Positions 53,901 to 63,771 of a stretch of DNA of 64,000 nt are shown here, piece by piece. The stretch covers positions 378,575 through 442,574 of the forward strand of contig JBNZDD010013484.1 of assembly GCA_050575255.1 (NCBI GenBank), written 5' to 3'. The stretch comes from Harriotta raleighana. Its lineage: Eukaryota. Under the pieces are notes generated by a model. The model worked only from the letters and a program-made list of their open reading frames with translations, was not told the origin of the DNA and did not search any database. Numbering within the stretch: the first letter of the stretch is position 1; each line of letters starts with the position of its first letter. Made by a program: the position numbers and the translations under genes.

Positions 53901-56900
53901 AACCTATGCTCCATCCACCCTCTTCCCTAACACCACCACTACGCCCACCCAGTTGCTTGATCACTAGAGCAGCGATTTCACAGATTNCACAAATGATGCA
54001 TGGAAAATAACAATGGGATGCAAAGGCAAAGTAAAGGTTTCTATTTGAAATATTACAAAATATTTATTCCTATGGATTTTTACAATAAATTGCAGAGCCA
54101 ATAAACAGAGAGAAAATTACTCAAACTGCTACACATCCTCAGTAACAACAAATTAGCAAAGATGTGAATCCCAGCCCCCTCCTGTAAAGTGACTGGCATC
54201 AATGAAACAAGAATGGTAGTGCGACTGTGACTCAATGAAGAAATATAATATGAACTGTCCTATGGCCTACATAAAATGTATAATATTTGTCACATTGGAA
54301 ATTATCTCAGTGCTTAACAGATACAAAAGTAAACACCGAGCAAAGAAAGGGGAGATTTAATGAACTTCATTACAAATCATTGTCGAAGATAGATGTTTTA
54401 AGATGTTTGAAGGTTTGAAGGTAGGCATAGAAAAACAACAAGGTGAAAATGTTTTGGAAAACATTACAGAGGAAAAATACATTCTGGCTTGAAGTCCGGC
54501 TACTGATAGTGGAATAGAAAAAGTGAGAAGGGAGAAAAAGATCAGGATCTTAAAATTCTGGGTTACCGGCAAGTTGTAGCTTATACACTGGGGATTCAAC
54601 TCCAGAGATTGGGAATATAAGTGGTGGCAATGTGAAGGAATCTGAAAGAAAATGATCTGGAGTTGAATCCCCAGTGTATAAGCCACAACTTTAGTAGAGA
54701 AGTAAGGAGTGTTTGGAACCACATGTGGAAAAGAAAATACAGTTACACAACTGTTGATAAACTGGAGATTTTTGAGCTTCAACAACAATAACAAATATAC
54801 AGTCACCCACAAATATATAGTTGGTTTTCCTGCTCTCTTCCACCTACCCCACCCCTCCCCTTACCCTCTTTCCCCCTTTTATCCCTGGCCCCACTTTCAT
54901 GACTGATTGTGGGACATTGCTGTGCGTAATTTGGCTGCCGTGTTTCACCCACAAATTTACAGTCAATTTTCCTTCTCTCCTTCCCCCTACCACAATCCCT
55001 CCCCCCTGCTCTGGTCCCTACCACTTTCCCCCCTTTCTTCCCTTTTTTCTTCTCCCTACCCAACCCCTCCCCCCACCCCCCCATGCACTGGTCCCTACTT
55101 TGGGACGTTGTTGTATTCTGTGAAGCGTTTTGAGACATTGATAAGATGTGGAAAGTGCTATATAAATGTAAGGATTATTATTATTATACTATAACAACAA
55201 CAAAATTACACTTGTATAGCGCCTTTCACGTCAGGAGGACGTCCAAAGGCACTGGACACTCACTATTCAAGAGAGGGAATCCAGCAAGGGAAGTGTTAGA
55301 AACATCTATTGTCAAAATTGAGGATTTCAGCAGCAGAGGGTGAAGTAGGGATATAAATGGACTCTGTTCTGAAGTTGGAAAAAGATTGTTTTAGAAATAA
55401 GACAATATGGGGTTTAAAGGACAGTTGAGGGTCAAATAAGAGTGACAAGATAAAGCACTGGCTAATTAATTCTAAGTGAGCCTGAGAGAATGAGAGCAGT
55501 TAGAAGTGTGAAAGTGCTAGTGAGAACCCAACAAGATAGCTTCTGTTCCAGAACCCCACCCCCATGCACAGCGCTTTGGGACATCCTCCTGACGTGAAAG
55601 GCGTTCTATAAAAATTTTGTTGTTGCTGTTGTTAATGTCTGACAGGTTATCAGGCAAAACCACAGCATTCCTGGGTGGCTTCAGAATATATGCATGCAGA
55701 TATTATCTCCTATTAAGGAGAAGCATATCAAATATGCATTGCTTGGGCCCTACAGTCCTGCTGTTTTGTCTGGGCAGAATTTGTGAATCTCAGCCTGGAC
55801 TTGGGCATCACAATTGCCTTCAGAGGATGTAGGTTGAAGAGAGGAAATACAATTAGGCTCTCTGAGATCCATTTGTGTGAACATAGTGATGACAGCATCA
55901 CATTGCACAAAGATACTATCTGTGACCAAATACCATGCCTACTCTCACTGTCAAAGCTCACACATGAATGAAGACCACTTAATTAAGGTACTGTAGGGAA
56001 AGAAAACCTACAGAATCATATCCCAGTAGACGGTTTCAAGAGAGAAGATGGGAGTGAATTGATGAAGAAACATCGGCAGAAAGAAAGAAAATAAAAATGT
56101 CATATTGCAACCCTGGAATCTCGGAAACACTGACAATAACATTTCCTTTTAAATGACCAAGAAGAATCCAAGGGTGAAATTCCACTGTAAGATCATTAGT
56201 AAATTGAACAAAGTTTGAAATATCACCCCCGCTCATTTTTGAAATGAAATATAAGGCAGTCAATTTTCCCACACATATTTGAGGATGAGACTAATGTAGG
56301 GTCTTATCTTCAGATACTTATTGAAAACATAGTAAAATACTGACAGATTATTTTGGTGTTACACAAATAAATTTCCAATAGTCTGTGCTATCCATGCAAT
56401 GATAAGGAGCTATGTTCCTGTGTCTGAGGAGCAAATTCTTGCTCTGCATGTTGACTGTATTGTAGTTCATGGTAATATGTTTATTGAACTTATTTCAACA
56501 AAGATTGCAAACTTTACTTTGTAAGATTACTTATAACAAAGATATCGTCTTGCCTTCTTTGTGCAAAACCTCCTATTACTCTACTCCAGCCTGACCACAA
56601 GGTGGTGTAGAAGAGCCAGCAACTCAGTGGATCTGCTTCTGATATTCTTGACTTCAGTGGAAGTGGAAGACTCCAATAAGGCTATTCTGTGACTGAGACA
56701 GGGGACTCCGTGCTGCAAGGATATTTTCGAATATGACTTTGTGCTACACTTAACCCATACCAGCTACCAATGCTTGTCACCAAAGGGAGAAACTCTGATG
56801 ACTAATTGCTACATACCAGAGGCTAAAAAGCAGACACATGCCCACTCCACCCCCGAATGTCTCAACTGTAACTATAAAATGCCACCAAATGTGGGCTAAA

Positions 56901-59900
56901 TATTGGCCCCATTCATGCAGAGGGATGTGTGCTCAATACATAGATAAATAGAGCTAAAATATATTTCCCACTACACAAAAGGTGAACGTGAGGCATTGAC
57001 TGGGATAAGTCCATTAAGAATGCTTAGAACAAATAAAATAAAACCTATGCTCCATCCACCCTCTTCCCTAACACCACCACTACGCCCACCCAGTTGCTTG
57101 ATCACTAGAGCAGCGATTTCACAGATTTAACAAGACACAGAAGTCTGGTCTGAAAACTCCCAAGACTGAATAATCAAACAATCCAACTACCAGATGCTTC
57201 CAGTTACAATATACCAGAATATCTACATGTGTTGCATTACATGGAGGACTGTGCTTTGACACTTGTGTCAAAAGCAGTAAAGTGGAGTAAACATCAGGTA
57301 TTTGAGGAAAGGGTGCGAGTAATGGGATTGAAGGATTGCACTTAAAAGAGGCAGTGCAGACATGATGGGACAGATGGCATTCTGTACTATAAATTTCCAA
57401 GGTAAATTCCAGTAAGAAATCAGGAAAAAATCTGTAATCATTTCAGAACTGCAAATAACAGTTGTTCAGTTCATGCAAACTGTTCAGTTCATGCAAAATC
57501 ACTGAAAACATTATCTTGGCCTCTGGGGTTCTTAAAGACAGGTGGTCTCTAATGCAGTGCATGTAAATACCATAGAATGTTATTTTTAAGAGTAAAGAGA
57601 ACAGCCAATATTACGTTGCTTGAGTAATCAAAGATCTTGGACAATTGATGTTTGGATAAGTGGTACTTTACGGGATAGAAACTTCCTAATCTAAACATCT
57701 AGTTTGATCTAGGAACAACCTTTAAAACCTTCAGATTCATGAAGATTTATGTTTTATGCTCTGTAAACAACCCTTAAAAAGGAGCTTTTATTCCATTTCA
57801 AGCACTTACCATCTTTGAATCATACAGTCTCCATAACAGTTTAATTCATAACAGTTTAGCTTTCAGATGTATCAGAAACACTTTACTGCTGGCTGCCCAG
57901 GCATGTTCCCTAATTAAATACATATTTAAGGAAAGCAGACACTTCATACCGATGTTGAGAAGAATTGGAAAGTACAGTACATACTAAGCCAAACTCCATG
58001 CTTTTCTAGTGCATGTGTGTGTGTGTGTATGTGTGTCTTGATTGTGTTCTACCATTTGTACGACAACTGTTAGCAGAGAAGGAACATTGTACTCAATGAC
58101 AGCAGTAAGCGTTTCCAAAGTCAAGTATAAGTCTGCTGCCTCCAAAGGATGCTAGATGCTCTCCACAGGCTACACAAGCATGAGAGCAACTTTCATTGAC
58201 ATTTCCACACAACCTTTTCATTCTCCTTAGTGCAGCTCAATGTCATTGCATCGGAGGAGAAGCCTGTTCAACTTATCTTAATTTACCGACAGAGCAGTAA
58301 CCTTTACCATAGCTTACATGACAATTGAAACTCCTTGATTTATCCCTGGGCTCTCAATAAAATTCTAATTTGTGGGTTTTGCTAACACAGTGTTCAGAGA
58401 GAATACTGATGCCTTGAATTATTTAATAAGCAACCACCTACAAAATCTGAGATGGCATCTGAATGGAATTTGGAAGATTGACCACACACACACACACGGA
58501 AGTCACTATTTACAAATCCTTCTTCAAATTTCACAAATGAGATATTATTTTCAAAGAATCTGGTGCCTACAGGACTACGTTGCACAAAATGAGGCTGTTA
58601 TTGAAATCACAAAAGGGGTTCAGATGAAGTAGGTTCCTTGATTTATTCGATCTCATCTATTTACTGCAATGCGAGCTCACTGCATTTAAACTTATGGACA
58701 ATCCCACAGGGCAGGCTGTTCCTGTGGTGATGGACTATTACAGTTTGCCTGCCAGTATCACTGAATCCCTTGTGGTCCAATAGTCTGTCAAGTGTGGAGG
58801 AAGGCAAAACATATTCTGGGTATCTGTGACATTTTATTTGAATAATTTCATCTTTTGTGATATACTTTTAATGTCTGTGAGTCTAGTTATTGGTGGCATA
58901 GATGTCACTCTCTCATTGGCATACATATCAATTTCTAGTCCCCTTTCAAAGATTCGCATTGATACAGTTCTGACAATAGTGCCCCAAATCTATCAGATGC
59001 AATGGATTTACAAATGAAAACAGAGACAACTTTGTTGCCACAGTCCTGCAATTACAACAAACCTGTAACAAAATTATGAAATTATCATTTTTTTAAAAGA
59101 GAGGCGTTAGCTTACAATACCAGATAAAGCAGAGGCTGATTAAAGTGCCCAAAAGCAAAAGCTTTTTATGTTGGTGCCCTTAGCCCCATCCACAGGTAAA
59201 GCATAAGCACCAGCAGAAGAAAGGCCAGCTGGCATCATGCACCACTTGTCCCTGTACTCACACTTTGTGTGCTGTGCCTTGATCTGCCTCAAACACGTTG
59301 TCAGACTGGTTTGGATCATCAGCAGGGCAGATCACGGACTGCTCACCTTTACTGAGCACAGCAATCGGATTGTCAAAAACAAGAATGGATGATAACGAAT
59401 GAGAACACAAACTGTGGTGTGCAGGACAAGATATGTGACAATAACAGCATCATATAGATTTGAGTTCCTACTTAAGATACAATGTAATGCCTATTACTTT
59501 GTTCTACTGCTATGTCAGAGGTGAACATTTAAAGCTCAAGTGACTGACTGTGTTTATGACCACAACAAGGAGCCTTGAGTTTATTTATCCTTCTAGAACA
59601 TCTACCCTACTTTCTTCCCATTTAAGCGTTAAGTTGCTTCTTAAACTTGACTTATGTCCTGACTGTTACCACCTCTTGGTAACCTGTTCAGCCATTCTAT
59701 CCCTCATAGAATCTCTAAATGTCAAAAAAAACTTCTTAGAAAATATTGATGGTGCATATCAAACCAGAATAAAGCACTCACTCTAAGCACCCTACAAAAG
59801 ACATTGCAATCCTTTAGAATTTTGAATAGTTGCACAGACACTAGATTGAGAGTACATTGAGTCTGATTTTTGTTTCCTTTTACAAGACGTGCGTTATTGA

Positions 59901-62900
59901 CGGAGATGGAAGCTACTGGGCCCAAGGCCAAAACCATGATTCTCAGTCTGTTGTAAGTACAGGGCTGAGCAATGTAAAAGTCACGTGTAAATGATACTTA
60001 AGTGAAACAACTGTCACTTAGTTCCAGGCATGTCAGACGCACTGTGTCAGAAAGGAGCAGGGGAAATGGAAGGAGGGAACTAGCACCATCATATTGGCAG
60101 GTTTTCCAATACTCACAGATGGTTTACTGCTTCCCAGAATTTCTTCGCCAACTTATTATTTTCTTCCAAAGGGTCAACATATCTTTCCTCAAGTGGCCTT
60201 AGCTACACTTTACAGATATTGCCCGCTTTATTCCTACTGCTCTTCTTTCTAATGTGGAATAGCACAAGTTGATTCCCCTTGATTCAGCAGTGGAGAGGAA
60301 TTTGGGAAATACTGTACTGATGTAAATCTTCCATCCACCCCCATTGCTACTGTTTTCAAAGTCTCTTACGTTCTGCTACGAGGGTTCCCTCAGGCAACTT
60401 TACCCCCCAAATAATAATAATAATAATAATCCTTGCCTTNGCTACGAGGGTTCCCTCAGGCAACTTTACCCCCCAAATAATAATAATAATCCTTGCCTTT
60501 GATATAGTGCTTTTCATATCCTCTAGACGTCTCAAAACGCTTCACAGAATATACTGTAAAGTGAATTGACTGTATATTTATGGGAGCAACGCAGCAGCCA
60601 ATTGTGCACAGCAGTGACCCACAAACAGTTGTGGATTGAAATGACGAATTGATTATGGTTTTGAGGGAATATTATTATATCATATTTTAATGAGGTTTTA
60701 AACCTTACTTTTCAGAATTACGATTGAAACACACAGCTGTGTTTGTANCAAAACGCTTCACAGAATATACTGTAAAGTGAATTGACTGTATATTTATGGG
60801 AGAAACGCAGCAGCCAATTGTGCACAGCAGTGACCCACAAACAGTTGTGGATTGAAATGACGAATTGATTATGGTTTTGAGGGAATATTATTATGTCATA
60901 TTTTAATGAGGTTTTAAACCTTACTTTTCAGAATTACGATTGGAACACACAGCTGTGTTTATGCCTGGCCTCTCAGTACAATTGCTGCCATTGTTTCATC
61001 CATTCTTTAACCAAATTAAACACGTCTTTGAACCTCATTCAGTCATTATTATTATTATTATTCTGTATTCAAGCAAAGCATTTAATGGGGTTGACCTGAC
61101 CGCAATCATTCTTTCCTTCCTTCCTCACTCACTCTCTTGGTTGTGATAATCAGAGCCCAGAATCATAATCCTTACATTTGATACAGCGCCTTATTAGGAC
61201 GCTATATCAAATTATCCAGCCTTGAGTAAATGAGTCATTCTCAATTTGCCAGCCATAGTGATCTAAAAGGGTTGAAGTCAACCTGACCAGTCAGAATGGG
61301 GTTTAATTTACAAGATTTGGAATAGTCTTTAGAACAGTGGATCACACAAATGTCCGGACATGTTGATCGTTTGAAAATTGTTCCAGATACAAACTTCCAA
61401 TTGGGATGTACTGCCACATTTGGCCACAATCTTGCTTTGCAAAAGTGAAAGTGAGAGCAGTGTCTGTGATGAGACACATCCAAGAACTTGCAGGATTCTC
61501 TATTTCCCAATACCTTTTGTGAACAAATGTGCACCATGTCGAGCTTGCAATTCACAGGATATTTTCATGGCACCTGTTGGACACATTGACTACACTGTAC
61601 TTAGTGGTAGAAAATGCCATTTACCACTGCATGACTACAACTATAAATGATAGATGCCCCATAAATAGGCCGTATAGATACAAGCATGCTTAATGGACTG
61701 TGTCATTATAAAGTTAATGAGTAGCATTTAAGCTTTTATCCTTTTACAGTTTAAAACAATTCGTTAAACTCGAATATTGTTAGCTCCTGAACTAATCTGC
61801 TGTATAGCAACTAATGCACAAAACAATAAAACAGGATTACGAGAGGCAATAAATTAAATCTGCAAAGAATTAATGGCAAGATGGAAAAAAAAATTCCAGT
61901 ACAAATAACTGGACATGTTTTTTTATTATGTGTGATTCTGGCCAAACACTTACTTTTCATTCAGATCTTCATTCCTGTGTCCATTGGCTGAAAGGAAGCT
62001 GGAAGCAGTTTGGCTCAAATGTCCAGACAGAGGACTGCAAGGGCTTGTAGGAACAGACACTGAGCTCTTGTTCTGCACTGAATGCCGTCGGCTTCTCCGC
62101 CGCTCTAATCCGCGCCGTTCATTCACGCCAAGGCTTGACCGTCTCCGTTCCTTATGTACACTCGAAGCTACGCTATTGTCATCTCCATCTTCATGCTTTA
62201 GTGTCATCTGTAAACCAATTGGAAAGCTTATTTGACTTGCCTGATAAAAACCCTGTGTGATATCCTGTTTATATTACCTGTGTAATATTTTCTGTCCATC
62301 TGTGTGATATCCTGTTGATATTACTTGTCAGCCACTGGTACCAGCCACTCTTTAGTTCTTCAATATAGTGTCTGTGGTTCATATAAGAGACTACACTCTG
62401 AGTTTCAGCAAGTTATTTGACCAGGAGATGGGGGGTGGAGTTATTTTAGTGGCTTTGTGGAGTACTGTAGCTCAATGGTTAAACCCGGGTCGAGAGACCT
62501 GGGTTTGATTCCAGACAGGAGGAATTGTTGGGCAAGTTTCCTCATTCTATATACCTCCGTTTACCTAACAGTAAGCTGGAACTTATTTGTTAGTCGATTG
62601 GCGTATCACTTTACCAGGGGCAATAATTCCTTCAAAAATAATAATAATAAATTGGTCAATTGAATCCATGAATGTTTGTGGGACACTGCTCTGTGTAATT
62701 GACTACTAAGTTGCACCCACAAAATATAGTCAATTCCCTTTAAAGTATATTCTGTAAAGTGCTTTGAGACTTCTCGAAAACAATACAAGGCATATATATA
62801 TATATATAAAAAACATATAAGGAATATTATTGAACTGGCATCCTATCAGTTCAGATGGATGTTAAATGAATGTATTTGAAGAGAGGAGAATAATTTTCCC

Positions 62901-63771
62901 ATTGTCCTTATCTATATTACTCTAGATTCATTGATCATTCAATTTATGGCTCTTGGTGGGATGTTGCTGGGGTAAATTTGTACTACATTTGCCTACAAAA
63001 AAAATCCTTCACTTCACTCGGTGGTAATTACCCATGAAACAAACCTCTTGCAACACTTCAACATGATAAGGCTCTGAAATAAAATGTAAATTCTTACATT
63101 ACCAAAGCCCTGGAAGGAGCAAGACCTAGTTTGGAAATAACATCACTCCTCTTATATGTGTCCTCCCTGGTCTTACCAAACCTCAGGGAAGCCATGAAAG
63201 ATCTTAAATCAGTGTTCGGCTTCAGTATTTCCACCCAATGTTCCGATTTATTTTTCAGTACACATCCGTTCAATGACCTCTTAGGTATTTTTTTCACTGG
63301 TTTTCCTTTTTGAAAAAAATCTGGAAGGTGACCTTTTAAATATTTTGCGGAGTCTGTGATTTCTGCATCCATGTTTTTATGATCCAATAATTTGCTTTTC
63401 TTGAGTTAAGGGCCTTGTGTCATTGGCTGCAGATTAATTTCTGTGCTTTTTGTTAATGTAAACCTCAATATAGAGCCCCAACCATGCCTTCCGGTTCCTC
63501 TAATAAGGACGGCAATTTTCACTCAATAAGGCAATTCACATGGCATGCAGAATGCAACACTCTCCCTCGCTAGATTTTTAAAAACAAGTCATCATGTTCA
63601 CGTTGATGCACAAGCTTGATTCGTTACCTCATAAATATTAAATTGTTCGACTAAATCCAAGTCAGTTCCTTTTTTTGTCAAATGTCTCTGAGCGATTGCT
63701 TCCATTCCTTGTTCTTCCAGACAGTCAATGACATCGTAGAAGGAATCTTGATCAGGCAACCCTGCCGATGT
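2478..63771 (-). CDS. FHOD3: FH1/FH2 domain-containing formin 3, partial multi-exon gene (about exons 9-17); gene extends beyond both window ends
   Basis: Nine GT-AG exons join into one uninterrupted frame. Peptides match FHOD3 as I recall it: [133 protein letters not shown] and PTSPCS favour FHOD3 over FHOD1. Confidence 0.93.
4094..4709 (-). mobile_element. Tc1/mariner-pogo (Tigger-like) MITE, family A, short form
   Basis: TIRs CAGTAAAACTCTGTTTATCC / GGATAAACAAGGTTTTACTG with TA on both sides; inverted relative to the other family A copies. Confidence 0.85.
5483..5533 (-). CDS. FHOD3: FHOD3 exon ~16 (51 nt, phase 2-2), small cassette exon
   Basis: Long pyrimidine tract, then ttctag|TCGGGGC...GAAAG|gtttgc; (S)[16 protein letters not shown](R). 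Confidence 0.9.
6470..7100 (+). mobile_element. Two old CR1 3' fragments (~6470-6830 and ~6900-7100)
   Basis: Degenerate matches to the CR1 3' region (agagggcatcaatttaag, ttcaaaagggaa..gat); boundaries approximate. Confidence 0.6.
7219..7353 (-). CDS. FHOD3: FHOD3 exon ~15 (135 nt, phase 2-2), charged coiled-coil
   Basis: ccacag|GCCAGCA...TTCAG|gtaaaa; [44 protein letters not shown]. Not in the ORF track. Confidence 0.95.
9762..10098 (+). mobile_element. CR1 LINE 3' fragment
   Basis: ..FKRELDRYL.. followed by gatgggccgaatggcctccttctgtgc and a ttctatga tail. Confidence 0.88.
11005..11332 (+). mobile_element. CR1 LINE 3' fragment, second subfamily (shark HER1-like tail)
   Basis: gatcagccatgat..attgaatggc..gcaggctcgaggggcc..ggcctattcctgctcctaattcttatgttctta. 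Confidence 0.75.
12990..13302 (-). mobile_element. Major tRNA-SINE, degraded middle
   Basis: Tail at 12990-13140; head (accactgagcta..ggactc) at ~13280-13302. Confidence 0.75.
14565..14687 (-). CDS. FHOD3: FHOD3 exon ~14 (123 nt, phase 2-2)
   Basis: cctgcag|ATATAAC...GACAG|gtttgt; [40 protein letters not shown]. Confidence 0.9.
15090..15310 (+). mobile_element. L2 LINE 3' end
   Basis: Tail gcgccttgggacgtcctcctgatgtgaaaggcactatacaaatgcaattctgttgttg; also at ~35330, ~38140, ~50385, ~52430 and, reversed, ~52055. Confidence 0.75.
17534..17838 (+). mobile_element. tRNA-derived SINE (major family, near full length) with L2-type tail
   Basis: A box TAGCTCAGCGG, B box GTTCGAATC; body shared with more than 10 copies in the window; ends aaatgcaaggattattatta. 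Confidence 0.9.
18218..18553. mobile_element. MITE sharing family A TIRs but with a different interior
   Basis: TA-CAGTAAACCGTTTATCC ... GATAAACGGGGTTTTACTG-TA. Confidence 0.8.
18681..19268 (+). mobile_element. Family A MITE, short form with an internal ~130-bp duplication
   Basis: TA-CAGTAAAACCTTGTTTATC ... GGATAAACAAGGTTTTACTG-TA; tactggtgcaggtactcgc occurs at ~18823 and ~18962. Confidence 0.85.
23615..24145 (+). mobile_element. L2-clade LINE 3' fragment
   Basis: [30 protein letters not shown] and [14 protein letters not shown] match the L2 ORF2 C-terminus; ends in an L2-type tail. Confidence 0.85.
25337..25688 (-). mobile_element. Major tRNA-SINE
   Basis: Reverse complement of the 17534 family, head to (ATT)n tail. 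Confidence 0.85.
25785..26091 (-). mobile_element. Major tRNA-SINE
   Basis: Head ggagtcctgtagctcagtggttaaagca on the - strand, with body and tail. Confidence 0.85.
26703..26777 (-). CDS. FHOD3: FHOD3 exon ~13 (75 nt, phase 2-2)
   Basis: tttacag|TCAATC...AATAG|gtaagt; (S)[24 protein letters not shown](R), compare mammalian ..SEPYHFRSFSSNR. Confidence 0.9.
27181..28289 (+). mobile_element. Family A MITE, long form with internal GA-rich tract and TG/TC microsatellite
   Basis: TA-CAGTATAACCTCATTTATCC ... GGATAAACGGGGTTTTACTG-TA; contains an NN-associated duplication. Confidence 0.85.
28905..29285 (-). mobile_element. L2 LINE 3' fragment
   Basis: Reverse strand encodes [20 protein letters not shown]-like sequence and the L2-type tail. 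Confidence 0.7.
30199..31120 (+). mobile_element. CR1-clade LINE, 5'-truncated 3' fragment (RT C-terminus and 3' UTR), decayed
   Basis: [40 protein letters not shown]..; [15 protein letters not shown]; ends in the CR1-type tail TTCTATGATTCTATGA. Confidence 0.92.
32014..32403 (-). CDS. FHOD3: FHOD3 exon ~12 (390 nt, phase 2-2), Ser/Pro-rich muscle-isoform exon
   Basis: ctctccag|TGAGTTG...AACAG|gtagat; ends with [40 protein letters not shown]. Confidence 0.93.
32674..32992 (+). mobile_element. hAT (Charlie-like) MITE
   Basis: Right TIR GGTTGGGAACCACTG, degenerate left TIR; 8-bp flanks GTCTAGAG / GTTTAGAG; interior homologous to 49981-50360. Confidence 0.8.
33260..33364 (-). CDS. FHOD3: FHOD3 exon ~11 (105 nt, phase 2-2), acidic muscle-isoform exon
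   Basis: aaacag|AGACGAG...AAAAG|gtatta; [34 protein letters not shown] resembles mammalian EEEEEQPITEPSSEEEREDDASCQGK. Confidence 0.9.
34910..35295 (-). mobile_element. CR1 LINE 3' fragment
   Basis: ORF track peptide [38 protein letters not shown]; 3' UTR matches the 9762 and 30199 copies. Confidence 0.88.
35845..36172 (-). mobile_element. Major tRNA-SINE
   Basis: Same head, body and tail on the - strand. Confidence 0.8.
36605..37095 (-). mobile_element. Ancient DeuSINE-like element (SacSINE1/AmnSINE1-type central domain); fragments also at ~8710-8830 (-), ~20420-20660 (-), ~21875-22025 (+)
   Basis: tgccatggg..ccacctga..gcagac..aa(c/t)gt..c..aa.gac...cctc..acaatgcag..ctc..cagtactg..gtgtcagccta shared among the copies; family name is from memory. 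Confidence 0.6.
39170..39480 (+). mobile_element. Old CR1 3' fragment
   Basis: [13 protein letters not shown]..; ctctttaaaagagccagca..aatggctctcttctgtgctg tail. Confidence 0.75.
39794..40646 (+). mobile_element. Family A MITE, long form
   Basis: TA-CAGTAAAATCTCGTTTATCC ... GGATAAACAAGGTTTTACTG; same internal order as 27181-28289. Confidence 0.85.
40650..41020 (-). mobile_element. Major tRNA-SINE
   Basis: Same family body (gcgatctgccaattgactaataactggattcctac). Confidence 0.8.
41105..41463 (-). mobile_element. Major tRNA-SINE
   Basis: Same family, head to tail. Confidence 0.8.
41599..43237 (+). mobile_element. Family A MITE, longest form with a ~0.9-kb polypurine expansion
   Basis: TA-CAATAAAATCTTGTTTATC ... 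GGATAAATGAGGTTTTACTG-TA; GA-rich tract ~41910-42840. Confidence 0.85.
41910..42840 (+). repeat. Degenerate purine-rich minisatellite (units like GGAATGGAGAGATGGAGGAAACAGAGAGAG)
   Basis: Almost entirely G/A on the + strand; produces the spurious Pro/Ser/Leu and Gly/Arg/Glu ORFs. Confidence 0.9.
45545..45998 (+). mobile_element. L2 LINE internal RT fragment, decayed
   Basis: [52 protein letters not shown] matches the conserved RT N-terminal motifs. Confidence 0.85.
46027..46295 (+). mobile_element. Major tRNA-SINE
   Basis: agtcctgttgctcagtggtaagagc..ggattcaaatccc.. with tail. Confidence 0.8.
46310..46600 (+). mobile_element. L2 LINE fragment
   Basis: ..[20 protein letters not shown].. and a tail-like aaatgcaaattgctgttgttg. 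Confidence 0.65.
46618..46920 (+). mobile_element. Major tRNA-SINE
   Basis: gtggttagagcactcgccttataagtgagagacctgggttcaattccc.. with tail. Confidence 0.85.
47513..47796 (+). mobile_element. Tigger/pogo-like MITE (family B) with sub-terminal hairpin
   Basis: TA precedes the start; ends AAGGGTTGACTG; homologous to 200-382; internal inverted repeat 47716-47736 / 47759-47779. Confidence 0.7.
48655..49033 (-). mobile_element. Major tRNA-SINE; a 3' half copy also lies at ~48030-48195
   Basis: Same family head, body and tail. Confidence 0.85.
49981..50360 (+). mobile_element. hAT (Charlie-like) MITE
   Basis: TIRs CAGTGGTTCCCAACC / GGTTGGGAACCATTG; 8-bp flanks CTCTACGG / CTCTACAA. Confidence 0.85.
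50847..57127 (+). repeat. 3140-bp direct duplication (50847-53986 and 53988-57127) separated by one N
   Basis: Constant 3141-nt offset; ten ORF-track entries are repeated with identical translations. Confidence 0.97.
60478..60680 (-). mobile_element. Major SINE 3' half, partly duplicated at 60749-60895
   Basis: aataatccttgccttt..cttcacagaatatactgtaaagtgaattgactg. Confidence 0.8.
61954..62207 (-). CDS. FHOD3: FHOD3 exon ~10 (254 nt, phase 0-2)
   Basis: ttacag|ATGACA...GAAAA|gtaagt; [58 protein letters not shown]...DLNE(K). Confidence 0.95.
62459..62790 (+). mobile_element. Major tRNA-SINE
   Basis: ggagtactgtagctcaatggtt..gagacctgggtttgattcc.. with body. Confidence 0.8.
63628..63771 (-). CDS. 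FHOD3: FHOD3 exon ~9 (144 nt, phase 0-0), end of the FH3/DID armadillo region
   Basis: cccag|ACATCG...TATGAG|gtaacg; [48 protein letters not shown]. This frame is not in the ORF track. Confidence 0.95.

Noticed and set aside
57809-57910. Exon-like segment with tag acceptor and ATG|gtaagt donor in gene sense
   Set aside because: Stops in all three frames. The only phase-2 reading (MIQR-TG) makes TGA when joined to exon 11 or 14. Not supportable as coding, though a poison or UTR exon is not excluded.
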